DNA of 64,000 nucleotides from the NCBI GenBank assembly GCA_965204375.1, contig OZ241986.1, positions 3,040,001 through 3,104,000 on the forward strand, in the 5' to 3' direction. The stretch comes from Candidatus Latescibacterota bacterium (GTDB lineage Bacteria; Latescibacterota; UBA2968). A program made the position numbers and the translations under genes. This document shows positions 35,172 through 45,367 of the stretch, in pieces (position 1 is the stretch's first letter; every line of letters begins with the position of its first letter). Below the pieces are notes generated by a model. The model did not search any database, was not told the DNA's origin, and was given only the letters and a program-made list of their open reading frames with translations.

Positions 35172-37370
35172 TCAAAACTGATATTCCCGCTTAGTCCTCG
35201 GCTTTTTCGGTTGACTGGGCGAGGGCAAAGACTGCGGACTCGAAGTATGTACAGGACAAGGGCGTTTAGGCTCTGTCCCCGGCTTAAACACCTCCGTATA
35301 GCGCTTAGAACAATAAATAGACGCCACCTGGTATGTCTCCCCACAAACCTCCACCTGTGGAATATCCTCGGGCAACACAAAATCTTCAACCGGCAGCCCA
35401 AGAACAGTATGCGCGCGCCTCATAAACTCCGCCCAAATCGGCAACGCCACAGCCGCGCCCGACATACGGCTCCCCATCGACACCTTGGAATCAAACCCCA
35501 CCCAAACCCCACACACAATCTGCGGCGTAAACCCGATAAACCACGCATCGGCATACTCCTGCGTCGTACCCGTCTTCCCGGCTGCTGGACGGCGAAAACC
35601 AAAAGCCGTGCGCGCAATCCGCCCTGTCCCGGTCAAAACCGCGTAATTTTCACCCGCCCGCATATCCAGAATCGACTGCATAAGATTCACCGTCACAGCC
35701 GCAGACTCTTCGCTCAACACAACTTCTTCGCGCCCCTGCACATTTTCCTCGAGTACATTCCCATTCTTATCCTCAATCTTCAAAATCGACATCGGCGTCA
35801 CCCGAATACCCTTATTCGCCAGCGTCCCATAAGCCGACACCAACTCCAGCAACTTGACCTCACTCGTCCCCATCCCCAAAGACAAAACCGGTTGAACCTG
35901 CGAATCGATCCCCATCCTCATAGCGTAATCCACCACCGTCTGCGGACCCACCTTCTCCAACACCTGAGTCGTCACCACATTGCGAGAACCGGCAAGCCCC
36001 TCGCGCATCGTCATCCACCCCAAAAATTTTCGGTCGTAATTCTCCGGTTGCCAATACGTCCCGTCGTACATCTTAATCGACACAGCCGTATCGGGCAACC
36101 GCCAGGTGGCCGTATAGCCCTTATCAACCGCAGCCGTATAAATAAAAGGCTTAAAAGCAGACCCCGGCTGCCTCAAAGCCTGCGTTGCACGGTTAAACTT
36201 ACTCTCCTCAAAATTGCGCCCGCCCACCATCGCCAGAACATGTCCCGTATGCGGATCCAGCGCCACCAGCGCCCCCTGCAACACCAGATTTTCCAGCGTA
36301 TCCTGATGCGTCTTAATCTTCGCAAAAAATGCCGCACCCGGGGGATTGCGCTTCCAATTGGCAGCCACGCGATCTTTTATCCGCTCCATCAAATTTTGCG
36401 ACACCACATCCTCTGCAATCTCCTGTAACCGACTATCCAGCGTCGTCGTAACAGTCGCGCCATCGTAAAGCACACTCAGCCCATAGGTATATTCCAAATA
36501 CTTGCGAATATCCTCTGTAAAATAGGGCGCCTCTCCCGTCTCTTCTCGGACCTCCTTCAAAACAATCGGACGCTGAGCAACCGAATCGTATTCTGCCGCC
36601 GTAATCTTGCCCAACCCCCGCATATTGTACAGCACCACATTATTGCGCCTATCCAGCGCGCGCGCGGGGTGGTAAATCGGCGAATAGGGCGTCGGCCCCT
36701 TCAAAAGCCCGACCAACAACGCCCCCTCATCCAGCGTCAATCTTTCCACATCCTTCCCAAAAAAACGACGCGCAGCAGTTTGAATACCGTAAGCACTATT
36801 GCCGAAATACATCTGATTAAAATACATCGTAATAATCTCGCGCTTGGTATAAGTGCGCTCCAAAAGCACGGCAGTCATCTGCTCCTGAATTTTACGTGTC
36901 CACGTAGGATCCAGCGTCAAAAAAATATTCCGCGCCAATTGTTGCGTCAGCGTACTCGCACCGTGCCCCTTCAAAGTACCCGACGTATAAACATTGCGGA
37001 ACACCACGCGGATAATATCGGGAACACTCACACCCCAGTGCCTCCAAAAACGCTGATCCTCCGTAACAATCAAAGCGTCAATCACAGCACTCGGCAACTG
37101 CTCAAACGCAATGGGATCGCGCCTCTGCACCCAGAACTTCTTCAACTCCACCCCATCTCGAGAAAAAATATTAGTCGTCTGCGCAGGATCCACATCCTCT
37201 AACTTATCAAAAGACGGCAAACCATCCTTGTACGCGTAAATCGCTGCAAAAGCAATGCCCAAATACCCCACCGCACAAATCACACAATAAATCGCCATAC
37301 GGGAAAGATGGGGACTTATCCAATAGATTATCCGATCGATATAGGGTCTTATCTTATCTATCTTGATCAT
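35172..37370 (-). CDS. Class A penicillin-binding protein (PBP1A family)
   Basis: N-terminal TM; transglycosylase motifs EDQRF..HWG, GASTLTQQLARN and RKIQE; transpeptidase motifs SAFK, SRN and KTG. Confidence 0.95.
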   Translation of the reverse strand: MIKIDKIRPYIDRIIYWISPHLSRMAIYCVICAVGYLGIAFAAIYAYKDGLPSFDKLEDVDPAQTTNIFSRDGVELKKFWVQRRDPIAFEQLPSAVIDALIVTEDQRFWRHWGVSVPDIIRVVFRNVYTSGTLKGHGASTLTQQLARNIFLTLDPTWTRKIQEQMTAVLLERTYTKREIITMYFNQMYFGNSAYGIQTAARRFFGKDVERLTLDEGALLVGLLKGPTPYSPIYHPARALDRRNNVVLYNMRGLGKITAAEYDSVAQRPIVLKEVREETGEAPYFTEDIRKYLEYTYGLSVLYDGATVTTTLDSRLQEIAEDVVSQNLMERIKDRVAANWKRNPPGAAFFAKIKTHQDTLENLVLQGALVALDPHTGHVLAMVGGRNFEESKFNRATQALRQPGSAFKPFIYTAAVDKGYTATWRLPDTAVSIKMYDGTYWQPENYDRKFLGWMTMREGLAGSRNVVTTQVLEKVGPQTVVDYAMRMGIDSQVQPVLSLGMGTSEVKLLELVSAYGTLANKGIRVTPMSILKIEDKNGNVLEENVQGREEVVLSEESAAVTVNLMQSILDMRAGENYAVLTGTGRIARTAFGFRRPAAGKTGTTQEYADAWFIGFTPQIVCGVWVGFDSKVSMGSRMSGAAVALPIWAEFMRRAHTVLGLPVEDFVLPEDIPQVEVCGETYQVASIYCSKRYTEVFKPGTEPKRPCPVHTSSPQSLPSPSQPKKPRTKREYQF

Positions 37371-37405
37371 CCTATTATTCTGCTCCTGTGGGTAGAAGGG
37401 CGGGG

Positions 37406-37440
37406 CATCCTGATCATCCTTGCATCCTGTTAATCCTGAT
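37406..37440. repeat. Short 8-9 nt ATCCTG tandem repeat
   Basis: catcctgat catccttg catcctgtt aatcctgat. Confidence 0.55.
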
Positions 37441-39048
37441 CTATTCCGGGTAAAGCCACGGCACGCGGCTGATGAGATAATCGCGTTGTTCCTCCATCAT
37501 CACCTCAATCACAGTAGGACCTTCCAGCCCCAGGGTATCGGCAAAAACCGCTTCAAAACGGTCGGGATCATCCACGCGGACACCCCGCGCACCCAGAGAC
37601 CGCGCCAAATCTGCAAGACGAGGCGTCTTCATATCCGTATCGATCACCCGACCATTAAAAGCCTTTGCCTGAGCGCCGCGAATCGCCGAAAGACTGCCAT
37701 CATTAGAAACAACCGAAACCGTCTCAACACCGTGTTCGGCCGCAGTAGCGAGTTCGCTCGCCGTCATCTGAAACCCACCATCGCCACAAAACGCGACAAC
37801 CTGCTGGTCTGGACACGCGAGCTTCGCGCCAATAGCAGCGGGAACCGCAAACCCCAGCGTAACCGAATGACTGGGATAGAGAAACGTGCGCGGCAGAGTA
37901 ATCGGATACTCGTCAAATGCGCGATACCCAATAGACGTAACATCCACCACAATAATCGCATCATCGGGAAGCGACTTGCGCGTAACCCCCATAATGGGCA
38001 CTGGCGCGCGGTTAGCCCCGGCCTCGATCCGCGTGCGATCGACAAAATCACCCCAATCCGCTGTATAATCACCCGCCACCTCGGCAAGCTGGGGAATCGC
38101 CAGCGCCAGATCACCCGCAACACCCGCCTCAATCGGATACTCGCGTCCAAGCTCTCGCGAATCGGGATCGAGTTGAACCTTGCGATCCGGCAAAGGCAGC
38201 GACCAACTCCGCGTATCGATCTGCGTAAAGCGACAACCAATCGCGAGAAGCAAATCCGCGCGACCGAGAACAGTCTTACCCGCCTGTGCCGAACAATGCC
38301 CCACAGTCAGAGAATGTCCATCTGGCATAACCCCCTTCCCCAAACGGGTATAAACAACGGGAATATCGAGACCCTCTGCAAGAGAACGGAGCGCATCGGT
38401 GGCATCGGCGTGAATAACCGCGCTACCCGCGAGAATAGCCGGGCATTTGGCTGTACGAAGCACCTCAGCCACACGATCAATATCCGCGCTATTGGGACAC
38501 AGGCAATCCCCCTCAACCAGCGGTGGAATATCCGCCATACCTTCCTCTGCGGCAACATCCGTCGGCAATTCAATAACCGCAGGCCCGGGACGCGGAGCGC
38601 GCAGTGCCTTGAACGCACCAACAACCGCATCGGGAATTTCAGCAACAGACCTGGGCCGCGCAAAAAAGTGCGTAATCGACTTAAAAAAAGACGCTTGATC
38701 CAGACCGTGAAAGCACTTGGCGCGATCCCGCCCATCAAAAGCCACCTCTGTCCCCCCGGTAATCAACAGCACGGGAACGCAATCCGTATGGGCATCCACC
38801 AGACCCGTAGAAGCATTTGTCGAGCCTGGACCCGGAACAGTAAGCGCGACACCAACGCGCCCAGACGCGCGCGCATACCCATTCGCAATCAAAGTCGCGC
38901 CCTGTTCGTGACGGATAAGCAAATGGCGAATACCACCAGCGCGTAGCACCGCATCGTAAAGATGAATATTCTGATTGCCTGGCATACCCGTAAGCGTATC
39001 AACACCCTGCGCTTTCAGACTCTGGATAAGTACATCAGCACCAGTCAT
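37441..39048 (-). CDS. Thiamine pyrophosphate-binding enzyme (acetolactate synthase-like superfamily)
   Basis: RHEQGA, PGPG.TN and GDGGF...N TPP motif. Confidence 0.9.
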   Translation of the reverse strand: MTGADVLIQSLKAQGVDTLTGMPGNQNIHLYDAVLRAGGIRHLLIRHEQGATLIANGYARASGRVGVALTVPGPGSTNASTGLVDAHTDCVPVLLITGGTEVAFDGRDRAKCFHGLDQASFFKSITHFFARPRSVAEIPDAVVGAFKALRAPRPGPAVIELPTDVAAEEGMADIPPLVEGDCLCPNSADIDRVAEVLRTAKCPAILAGSAVIHADATDALRSLAEGLDIPVVYTRLGKGVMPDGHSLTVGHCSAQAGKTVLGRADLLLAIGCRFTQIDTRSWSLPLPDRKVQLDPDSRELGREYPIEAGVAGDLALAIPQLAEVAGDYTADWGDFVDRTRIEAGANRAPVPIMGVTRKSLPDDAIIVVDVTSIGYRAFDEYPITLPRTFLYPSHSVTLGFAVPAAIGAKLACPDQQVVAFCGDGGFQMTASELATAAEHGVETVSVVSNDGSLSAIRGAQAKAFNGRVIDTDMKTPRLADLARSLGARGVRVDDPDRFEAVFADTLGLEGPTVIEVMMEEQRDYLISRVPWLYPE

Positions 39049-39060
39049 AAAAAATTCCTT

Positions 39061-40146
39061 TCACCTCACAAAAAGATCGAAATATTCTACAGCAGTCTTA
39101 TCCCATGTAAACCCAGAACGCACATAATCGCGGGCTTCGCGTTCTATTTCTTCGCGCTCTGTTGCGGGCAATTGAAAAAAAGCGTGAATCTGATCGACAA
39201 ACGCCTGATAATCATTCGGCGGAATCAGATACCCCCCCCGGCTAACACTCTCCGTAAGTGCATCCACAGCAAAAGCAACCACAGGCGTGCCATCGTGCAT
39301 ACATTCGAGATGGGTAATGCCAAACCCTTCCACATCGTTGGGATAGGGCACATTGGGCATAAGAAAAAGATCTGCTTCACCTCTAATAAACCCCAATTCT
39401 TCATCGCTCAGATAAAGCAACAACACCCGATCTCGAAGACCATTCTCTTCCCAAATCTCGCGAATGCGCTCGGCATCTGGACCCGAACCGCTAATAATCA
39501 GCACGATATCTCGATCGAGCAAAGGCACGCCGTATTCCAAAAATTTGGCCACGCCTTTTCGGGGCACCTGCCTGCCGAAATTCAGAACAATTTTGTCCCG
39601 TCCAAATTGAACACCGTGTTCAGCCTCAAATCGCGCTTTGAGAGCCTCGCGTTGCGCCCTATGAATACTGGGCGGATCGATACCGAGATAAATAATATCA
39701 ATTTTTTCAGCGGGCACACCAGCCTGAATGGTAAGATCCCTGGTAATTTGGCTGATAACAGCTACCCTGTCACAAAACGAAACACCAAAGCGCATCATGC
39801 GGCTAAATATCGGATTGGAAAACGTCATCTCCAAACCGTAAATCGTCACCACAAAACGCATGCGCGTAAACAACCTCAGAAACGGCGCAATAGAACAAAT
39901 CACGCCATCGCTAAAATAAATCGCATCAACCCGCCTGAAAAGAACACAAAAAAAAGAAACAAACAACGCATAAGGCACGAACCAGACCAAATGCAAAAGC
40001 GAATCTCTACCCAGTGCGACCAATTTAACCGAACACATCTCAATCAAACGATGATAGAGATTATAACAATGCGTCTGAATACCCCCCACACTGGGCGGAT
40101 AGCGACGCGCGAGAAAAAGGATGCGAAAGTTGTTTTTAGAAGACAT
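39061..40146 (-). CDS. Glycosyltransferase family 4
   Basis: YPP..GG, GR..PRKG and EGFGI..LE motifs. Confidence 0.9.
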   Translation of the reverse strand: MSSKNNFRILFLARRYPPSVGGIQTHCYNLYHRLIEMCSVKLVALGRDSLLHLVWFVPYALFVSFFCVLFRRVDAIYFSDGVICSIAPFLRLFTRMRFVVTIYGLEMTFSNPIFSRMMRFGVSFCDRVAVISQITRDLTIQAGVPAEKIDIIYLGIDPPSIHRAQREALKARFEAEHGVQFGRDKIVLNFGRQVPRKGVAKFLEYGVPLLDRDIVLIISGSGPDAERIREIWEENGLRDRVLLLYLSDEELGFIRGEADLFLMPNVPYPNDVEGFGITHLECMHDGTPVVAFAVDALTESVSRGGYLIPPNDYQAFVDQIHAFFQLPATEREEIEREARDYVRSGFTWDKTAVEYFDLFVR

Positions 40147-40148
40147 AA

Positions 40149-41204
40149 CTATGCAATATCCGCCTGCTCACTACGCTGAATCAATTCTCTTTCCGCCTGT
40201 TCGCGGTCCGCTGCGTTTTCAAGCGGAATAACAGTCGCGCCAGGACGGGGTTTGGGATACAAAATGCGACTGGCACCGGCCTGTTTCATCGCCTCGACAA
40301 CCGGTTTTATGTCGCACGCAAGCGCGATAATAGTTCCGCCACCCCCTGCGCCAGCGAGCTTCGCGCCCAGTGCGCCACCATCCAACGCAGCCTGAATCAG
40401 CCGCTCATTTTCCGGACCCGATCCTCCCAAATCGCGCTGAATCTCGTGGTTCTCAATCATCAGCGCGCCCAGATGCCCCCAATCTTTGGCGAGAATCGCG
40501 CGTTTGCCCATACGCGCCAGATGGGCAATCCGCAAATAACAACGCCTAACCTCTCGGTCGCCCTCCAACCAGCGCTCTCGAATCGGCAGATGAACAGTAC
40601 CCGACGAGCGCTGGACACCCGTATGCCCCAACACAAAGGGATAATCCCCAACGTATTCGTGGAGCGGCTCAATCGTAGCATAAGGTTCATCGCCAAACGC
40701 GCGGTAAAACTGCTTACCATTGAAATCCATATAATTCAAACCGCCAAACATGCACATATACGCATCTTGATACCCGCATAAAGCCATATAGTTCAACTCG
40801 ATATGCCGCGCCATCTCAGCACAAAAAAAAGGATGCTCGTCGCGTCCCAGAAATGCAAAAATCGCATTGAGAATAGACACACTCATAGCCGACGAACTGG
40901 AAAGCCCGGCGGCAAAGGGCACATTGCACGCCCAGCGCAGAGAAAATTTCGCACTACCGAGATCCAGAAAATGGACGATAGCCTTCGCCACATCGAAATA
41001 ACCGCCATCCGGATACAGATCCTCCGGGCGATGCACTTCAAAGCGCTGCCCGGCAACTTCAAAACTGAGCACATCAGACGGCTCAATCAGAACCGCGGCG
41101 CGTTCCTGCGTTGAACACGAAATAACGCTACCGCCGTACATATCGGTGGGATTCCCAATAATGCCACAGCGCCCTGGGGCAGTGGAAAAAAACGCAGAGG
41201 TCAT
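40149..41204 (-). CDS. GHMP-family sugar kinase (glucuronokinase-like)
   Basis: APGR.G.IGNPTD.YGG, P..AGLSSSSA, GYQD and GAKLAGAGGGG. Confidence 0.8.
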   Translation of the reverse strand: MTSAFFSTAPGRCGIIGNPTDMYGGSVISCSTQERAAVLIEPSDVLSFEVAGQRFEVHRPEDLYPDGGYFDVAKAIVHFLDLGSAKFSLRWACNVPFAAGLSSSSAMSVSILNAIFAFLGRDEHPFFCAEMARHIELNYMALCGYQDAYMCMFGGLNYMDFNGKQFYRAFGDEPYATIEPLHEYVGDYPFVLGHTGVQRSSGTVHLPIRERWLEGDREVRRCYLRIAHLARMGKRAILAKDWGHLGALMIENHEIQRDLGGSGPENERLIQAALDGGALGAKLAGAGGGGTIIALACDIKPVVEAMKQAGASRILYPKPRPGATVIPLENAADREQAERELIQRSEQADIA

Positions 41205-42106
41205 TAGAATTGTCTCAGGCGCTTTTGCAGGTACTGGCGGAGAAGGTACCCATAGCGCTGATCGAAAAGGGCAAAATCGATAAAGGATTTGAAATACGAT
41301 TCAAAATCGCCGATATCATAGCGCAACTCTTCGGGATACAACTTGATACAGCGGACAGAGTGTCCCATTTTAATAAGCGTCGCAATCGCATCTGTAAGCT
41401 CGAGCTTGCCCCTGTAACTGGGAGATGTGCGTTTGAGAGCAGTAAAAATTTCGGGATTAAAAATATAACGCGCGGCCACGCCGAGATTACTCGGTGCATT
41501 TTCCGGAGCGGGCTTCTCCACAATATGTGCGATTTCAAAATCGTCTTCAGGCTCGCCGTTCACAGGCTCGACAATACCGTACTGGTTCTCTTCGCCCCCG
41601 GGCACTTCAACAACCGCAATAGTACAACCGGACCCATGTTCGCAGTGCGATTTGATCATCCGCCGCAATAGACCCGCATGATTGCCCGACTTGATAATCG
41701 TATCGCCAAACGCGACCACAAATGGCTCGCCGCCAACAAAGTCCTCAGCCCTGCTAATAGCATCTCCTATCCCCGCGGGCGTGATATGACCGGAAGGGAT
41801 AATTTGTCGCGTATAGAAAAACTTTACCCCTTCTCTTTCATAATCGAACTCATCGAGTGTGTGATCACTCTCCGAGAGATAATTCTGCAATTCCGGATCC
41901 CGATCAAAATGATCTTCTATCGTACGCTTATCCTTTCCCGTCACAAAGAGTATCTTCTTTAACCCCTGCTCAATCATCTCTTCAACCACATACTGAACCA
42001 CGGGTTTTCGTCCCACGGGCAACATCTCTTTGGGCTGAGATTTGGTCGCAGGCAACAGACTCGTCCCCAAACCGGCAACCGGAATAACGACTTTTTCAAT
42101 CTCCAT
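41204..42106 (-). CDS. galU: UTP-glucose-1-phosphate uridylyltransferase-like nucleotidyltransferase
   Basis: VIPVAGLGT.LLPATK..PKEMLP, EDHFD, VEKP....PSNL, RYI and ELTDAI; RBS GGAGG. Confidence 0.82.
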   Translation of the reverse strand: MEIEKVVIPVAGLGTSLLPATKSQPKEMLPVGRKPVVQYVVEEMIEQGLKKILFVTGKDKRTIEDHFDRDPELQNYLSESDHTLDEFDYEREGVKFFYTRQIIPSGHITPAGIGDAISRAEDFVGGEPFVVAFGDTIIKSGNHAGLLRRMIKSHCEHGSGCTIAVVEVPGGEENQYGIVEPVNGEPEDDFEIAHIVEKPAPENAPSNLGVAARYIFNPEIFTALKRTSPSYRGKLELTDAIATLIKMGHSVRCIKLYPEELRYDIGDFESYFKSFIDFALFDQRYGYLLRQYLQKRLRQF

Positions 42107-42135
42107 AGCGCGATGCTCCTCCAAATGCCAAACGC

Positions 42136-42164
42136 TTGACAGAGTGCAATTTGTCCTTTAGAAT
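42136..42164 (+). promoter_or_regulatory. Sigma70 promoter
   Basis: TTGACA-17-TAGAAT. Confidence 0.65.
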
Positions 42165-42219
42165 ATCAGTAAAAAATAACAGGAGAAACTTGTAGAACGC
42201 AAGGTAAAAGAGTTTCATC

Positions 42220-43161
42220 ATGTTAAACAAACAAATAACAGACTCCCGCGCTTGGACTGCTGATACAATTGATGCGTCTTCTGAATGGTATTACCCCCTG
42301 TCTGAAAGCTATTTATCTACGCTCGACAGCGGAGTCCGAAAACATGCGGGCGCAATATCTGATCTACGCGTTCCCGACACCATTGCCTGTGCGCCGTGTC
42401 TCCAGCCTGTCTCAGAGGTATTGCAAACCGGACGCGGATTTGCCATCATCGAGCGCTTACCCGTAGAATATTACACGCGGGACCAGGCGCGAGCCGCATA
42501 TTGGATGATCGGACAGTGTTTGGGCGTACCCTTTGAACAAAATATCGAAGGCACGCTACTATACGACGTACGGGACACCGGGCGAGATGTAAAATCGGGC
42601 GCGCGTTTTTCTGTAACCAATGCAGAAAGTTCGTTTCACACAGATGGCGCATTCGGAACGCAAGTACCCGAAATAGTCGGCCTGTTATGCATCAAAACCG
42701 CGCGGTCAGGTGGGCGCAGTCAACTGATCAGTGCCTGTGCAGTACACAATATATTACACCAACAAGCACCCAATGTTCTAAACGCCCTCTACTCATCTTT
42801 CTATTTTGACCGACGGGGGCAATTTCTCCCGGGCGAAGCACCTGTAAAAAAGACCCCTGTGTTTTCCTGGGATAAACAAACACTGATCATGCGCTACCTG
42901 CATTATTATATCCAGGTGGGACATCGAGAAGCAGATGTACCACTCACATCAGAACAAGAGCGCGCACTACAAGCCGTTGAAGATATATTAAATCATCCCA
43001 AAATGTGCGTGGAATTCGATCTCGCGCCCGGGCAAATGCTATTTACCAACAACAATTGGATCCTGCACAATCGAACGGCATTCGAAGACCATCCAGGCCC
43101 AGACCAAAGACGGCATTACGTGCGACTGTGGTTGATGCAAAAGGACAACGTTGATGGCTGA
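42220..43161 (+). CDS. TauD/TfdA-family dioxygenase
   Basis: FHTD, GLLC...A.SGG.S and NN..ILHNRT.F.D.....RH..RLW. Confidence 0.88.
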   Translation: MLNKQITDSRAWTADTIDASSEWYYPLSESYLSTLDSGVRKHAGAISDLRVPDTIACAPCLQPVSEVLQTGRGFAIIERLPVEYYTRDQARAAYWMIGQCLGVPFEQNIEGTLLYDVRDTGRDVKSGARFSVTNAESSFHTDGAFGTQVPEIVGLLCIKTARSGGRSQLISACAVHNILHQQAPNVLNALYSSFYFDRRGQFLPGEAPVKKTPVFSWDKQTLIMRYLHYYIQVGHREADVPLTSEQERALQAVEDILNHPKMCVEFDLAPGQMLFTNNNWILHNRTAFEDHPGPDQRRHYVRLWLMQKDNVDG

Positions 43162-44278
43162 ATTGAGAACCGCGATTGAAGACCGCAAAAGCCGGTGGCA
43201 GATCAGTCTGTTATTGGGCGAACAGGCTGTCAGTGGTCTCGGTGTGGTAAAAAAACACATGCAAATCGATTCTGCTGTTGTGAAAATGGGTGGCATTGCC
43301 GGTGTATGGACGGATTCCAATCATCGCAGGAAAGGATATGCCAGTCAGGCCATGTGGGAATCGATTGCACTGATGGAGCGCCAGGACTGCGACATGAGCA
43401 TTTTGTTTGGCATTGACGATTTTTACCATCGATATGGGTATGCCGTGGTATTTGCCAATCAGTCTATGTGGTTAAAAACATCGCAATTATCGTCGCTGAA
43501 CGGCCCTTTGAAAGCGCGGAGAGGGCGCAGGGCTGATCACGAGGCAATGCGCCGATTGTACAGAAATTACAATGCCGCGCGCTCAGGCATGGACGCACGT
43601 CAAAAGAACTGGGAGCCAAGATGGTATATGCCAAATCTGGGCAAAGATACGGTTCGCCGTGCGGGAAAATTTCTGGTAGTGTGTGACGCTCGGGACCGGG
43701 TGCGTGGATATGCGGTTTACGACATACAGGCGGGGCGCACCGTGGTAACAGAAGTGTGCGGAAAGGACCGCGAAGCACTTGCCTCTATTGGAAAGACCAT
43801 CGCAAGACGAGCAAAACGTGCAGGCGCTGAAGAAGTACTCTTTCATCTGCCTTGCGATGATCCATTTATCTCGCTGTGCATACCCTTGGGATGTTCGTGT
43901 TTGATCGCGTATCCATTTAATCAAAGCGCAATGGGACGCATTATCCATCTGAATCGTCTGATAAAAAAATTGCTGCCCGTATTCCAAAAACGATGGGCGC
44001 ACTCAGAATTGAATTGGACAGGTGAATTTGCCATTGATACAGACATTGGGCGCGTGGGCTTCGAGATTTCCGGGTCGGATATTGTCATGGCCGATATTGG
44101 TAGCCGTGCCCAGGTGTCAATGCCTCAAATGGCGTTGACCCAACTGGTAATGGGGTATCGACAGGTAGTAGATATTGCTTATAATGATGGAATAAAAATA
44201 CCCAGACAACTGCTACCTGTGCTGGATATCCTGTTTCCCAAAGGCAATCCGTATATGTGGTGGACAGATCGCTTTTAG
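43154..44278 (+). CDS. Eis-like GNAT acetyltransferase
   Basis: GGIAGVWT...HRRKGYAS and FYHRYGY; second GNAT domain and SCP-like tail ending DRF. Confidence 0.8.
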   Translation: MAELRTAIEDRKSRWQISLLLGEQAVSGLGVVKKHMQIDSAVVKMGGIAGVWTDSNHRRKGYASQAMWESIALMERQDCDMSILFGIDDFYHRYGYAVVFANQSMWLKTSQLSSLNGPLKARRGRRADHEAMRRLYRNYNAARSGMDARQKNWEPRWYMPNLGKDTVRRAGKFLVVCDARDRVRGYAVYDIQAGRTVVTEVCGKDREALASIGKTIARRAKRAGAEEVLFHLPCDDPFISLCIPLGCSCLIAYPFNQSAMGRIIHLNRLIKKLLPVFQKRWAHSELNWTGEFAIDTDIGRVGFEISGSDIVMADIGSRAQVSMPQMALTQLVMGYRQVVDIAYNDGIKIPRQLLPVLDILFPKGNPYMWWTDRF

Positions 44279-44296
44279 TTAAGAAAGGAGAAAATA

Positions 44297-45181
44297 ATGT
44301 CATCCTTCACAGTTGGCCTACTCAGCCCCGGCGACATGGGACACGTCGTTGGACAAGTGGCAATCGCCTCTGGTGCTCGGGTAATAACCTGCCTGAATGG
44401 CCGCAGTGAGCGCACGCGCAAACTCGCAGAAATAGCGGGAATCGAAGACGTACCCACATATTCCGCTCTCGTGCACGAAGCTTCACTCGTAATATGCATT
44501 CTCGTCCCCGCAGCATCAGAATCGGTAGCCACGCGCGTGGCTGACGCCCTGAAAGAAACGAATGAACAAATTGTATATACCGACTGCAATGCAATAGCCC
44601 CGGCAACAACCGTGCGCATTGGTAAAACAATTGAAAACGCGGGCAGTGTATTTGTCGATGCCGGTATTATCGGCGGACCGCCGCGCCAGCCTGGGGGCAC
44701 GCGGTTTTACTGTTCGGGACCAGACACATCGGGCTTTGAAAAACTGAACAATTACGGGCTGGACGTGCGAAAAGTCGGCGATGAAATCGGACAGGCGTCG
44801 GGCTTGAAAATGTGCTATGCCGCGCAGACCAAAGGGACGACCGCGCTACAAACGGAACTGCTCATCGCCGCGCGGCGCATGGGCCTGTACGAAGGATTGA
44901 TCGCAGAGTGGGAAATGAGTCAGAAAGACCGGTTGGCGGGCATGGAGCGGGGCTTGCCGGGAATGCCGACCAAAGCAAAGCGGTGGATAGGTGAAATGGA
45001 AGAAATCGCCAAAACCTTCGGCGATTTGGGACTCACGCCCAAAATATACGAAGGCGCCGCAGACATGTACCGACTCGTCAGCGAAACACCACTTGCAGAC
45101 GAAGCACCTGAAACGCGAGACAGAAGCCGAACACTTGCGCAAGTCATCGATATCTTTGCCGAGCAATCAAAAAGTAAATAG
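44297..45181 (+). CDS. NAD(P)-dependent oxidoreductase (6PGDH/HIBADH-like, DUF1932)
   Basis: LLSPGDMG, DCNAIAP, VDAGIIGGPP, ASGLKMCYA..TKG and RWIGEMEEI. Confidence 0.85.
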   Translation: MSSFTVGLLSPGDMGHVVGQVAIASGARVITCLNGRSERTRKLAEIAGIEDVPTYSALVHEASLVICILVPAASESVATRVADALKETNEQIVYTDCNAIAPATTVRIGKTIENAGSVFVDAGIIGGPPRQPGGTRFYCSGPDTSGFEKLNNYGLDVRKVGDEIGQASGLKMCYAAQTKGTTALQTELLIAARRMGLYEGLIAEWEMSQKDRLAGMERGLPGMPTKAKRWIGEMEEIAKTFGDLGLTPKIYEGAADMYRLVSETPLADEAPETRDRSRTLAQVIDIFAEQSKSK

Positions 45182-45230
45182 ATTTAAAGACTATTAATCA
45201 CAGACAGTTCATCACCGTGACGCAAAATAC

Positions 45231-45270
45231 TCCCCTTTTCTATACTTAATGGGAAAGGGGTTTATTTTTT
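45231..45270 (+). terminator. Intrinsic terminator
   Basis: CCCCTTTTC / GGGAAAGGGG stem followed by TTTATTTTTT. Confidence 0.55.
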
Positions 45271-45293
45271 ATAAACATATGCCCAATGGTAAA

Positions 45294-45322
45294 TTGACTT
45301 TTCGATTGTGACAAGCTATATT
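45294..45322 (+). promoter_or_regulatory. Sigma70 promoter
   Basis: TTGACT-17-TATATT. Confidence 0.55.
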
Positions 45323-45367
45323 ACGCGTTCTAAAAAATAATGGGTAAATTTAAACCAGGAGATGTAA

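Noticed and set aside
35120-35401. N-terminal extension of the 688-aa ORF
   Set aside because: Overlaps the PBP1A 3' end in another frame and looks non-coding; start reassigned to 35119.
35142-40179. Long + strand ORFs (35142-36428, 37420-38946, 38962-40179)
   Set aside because: Antisense shadows of PBP1A, the TPP enzyme and GT4. The T-poor + strand yields few stop codons, and the translations are Arg/His/Pro-rich with no motifs.
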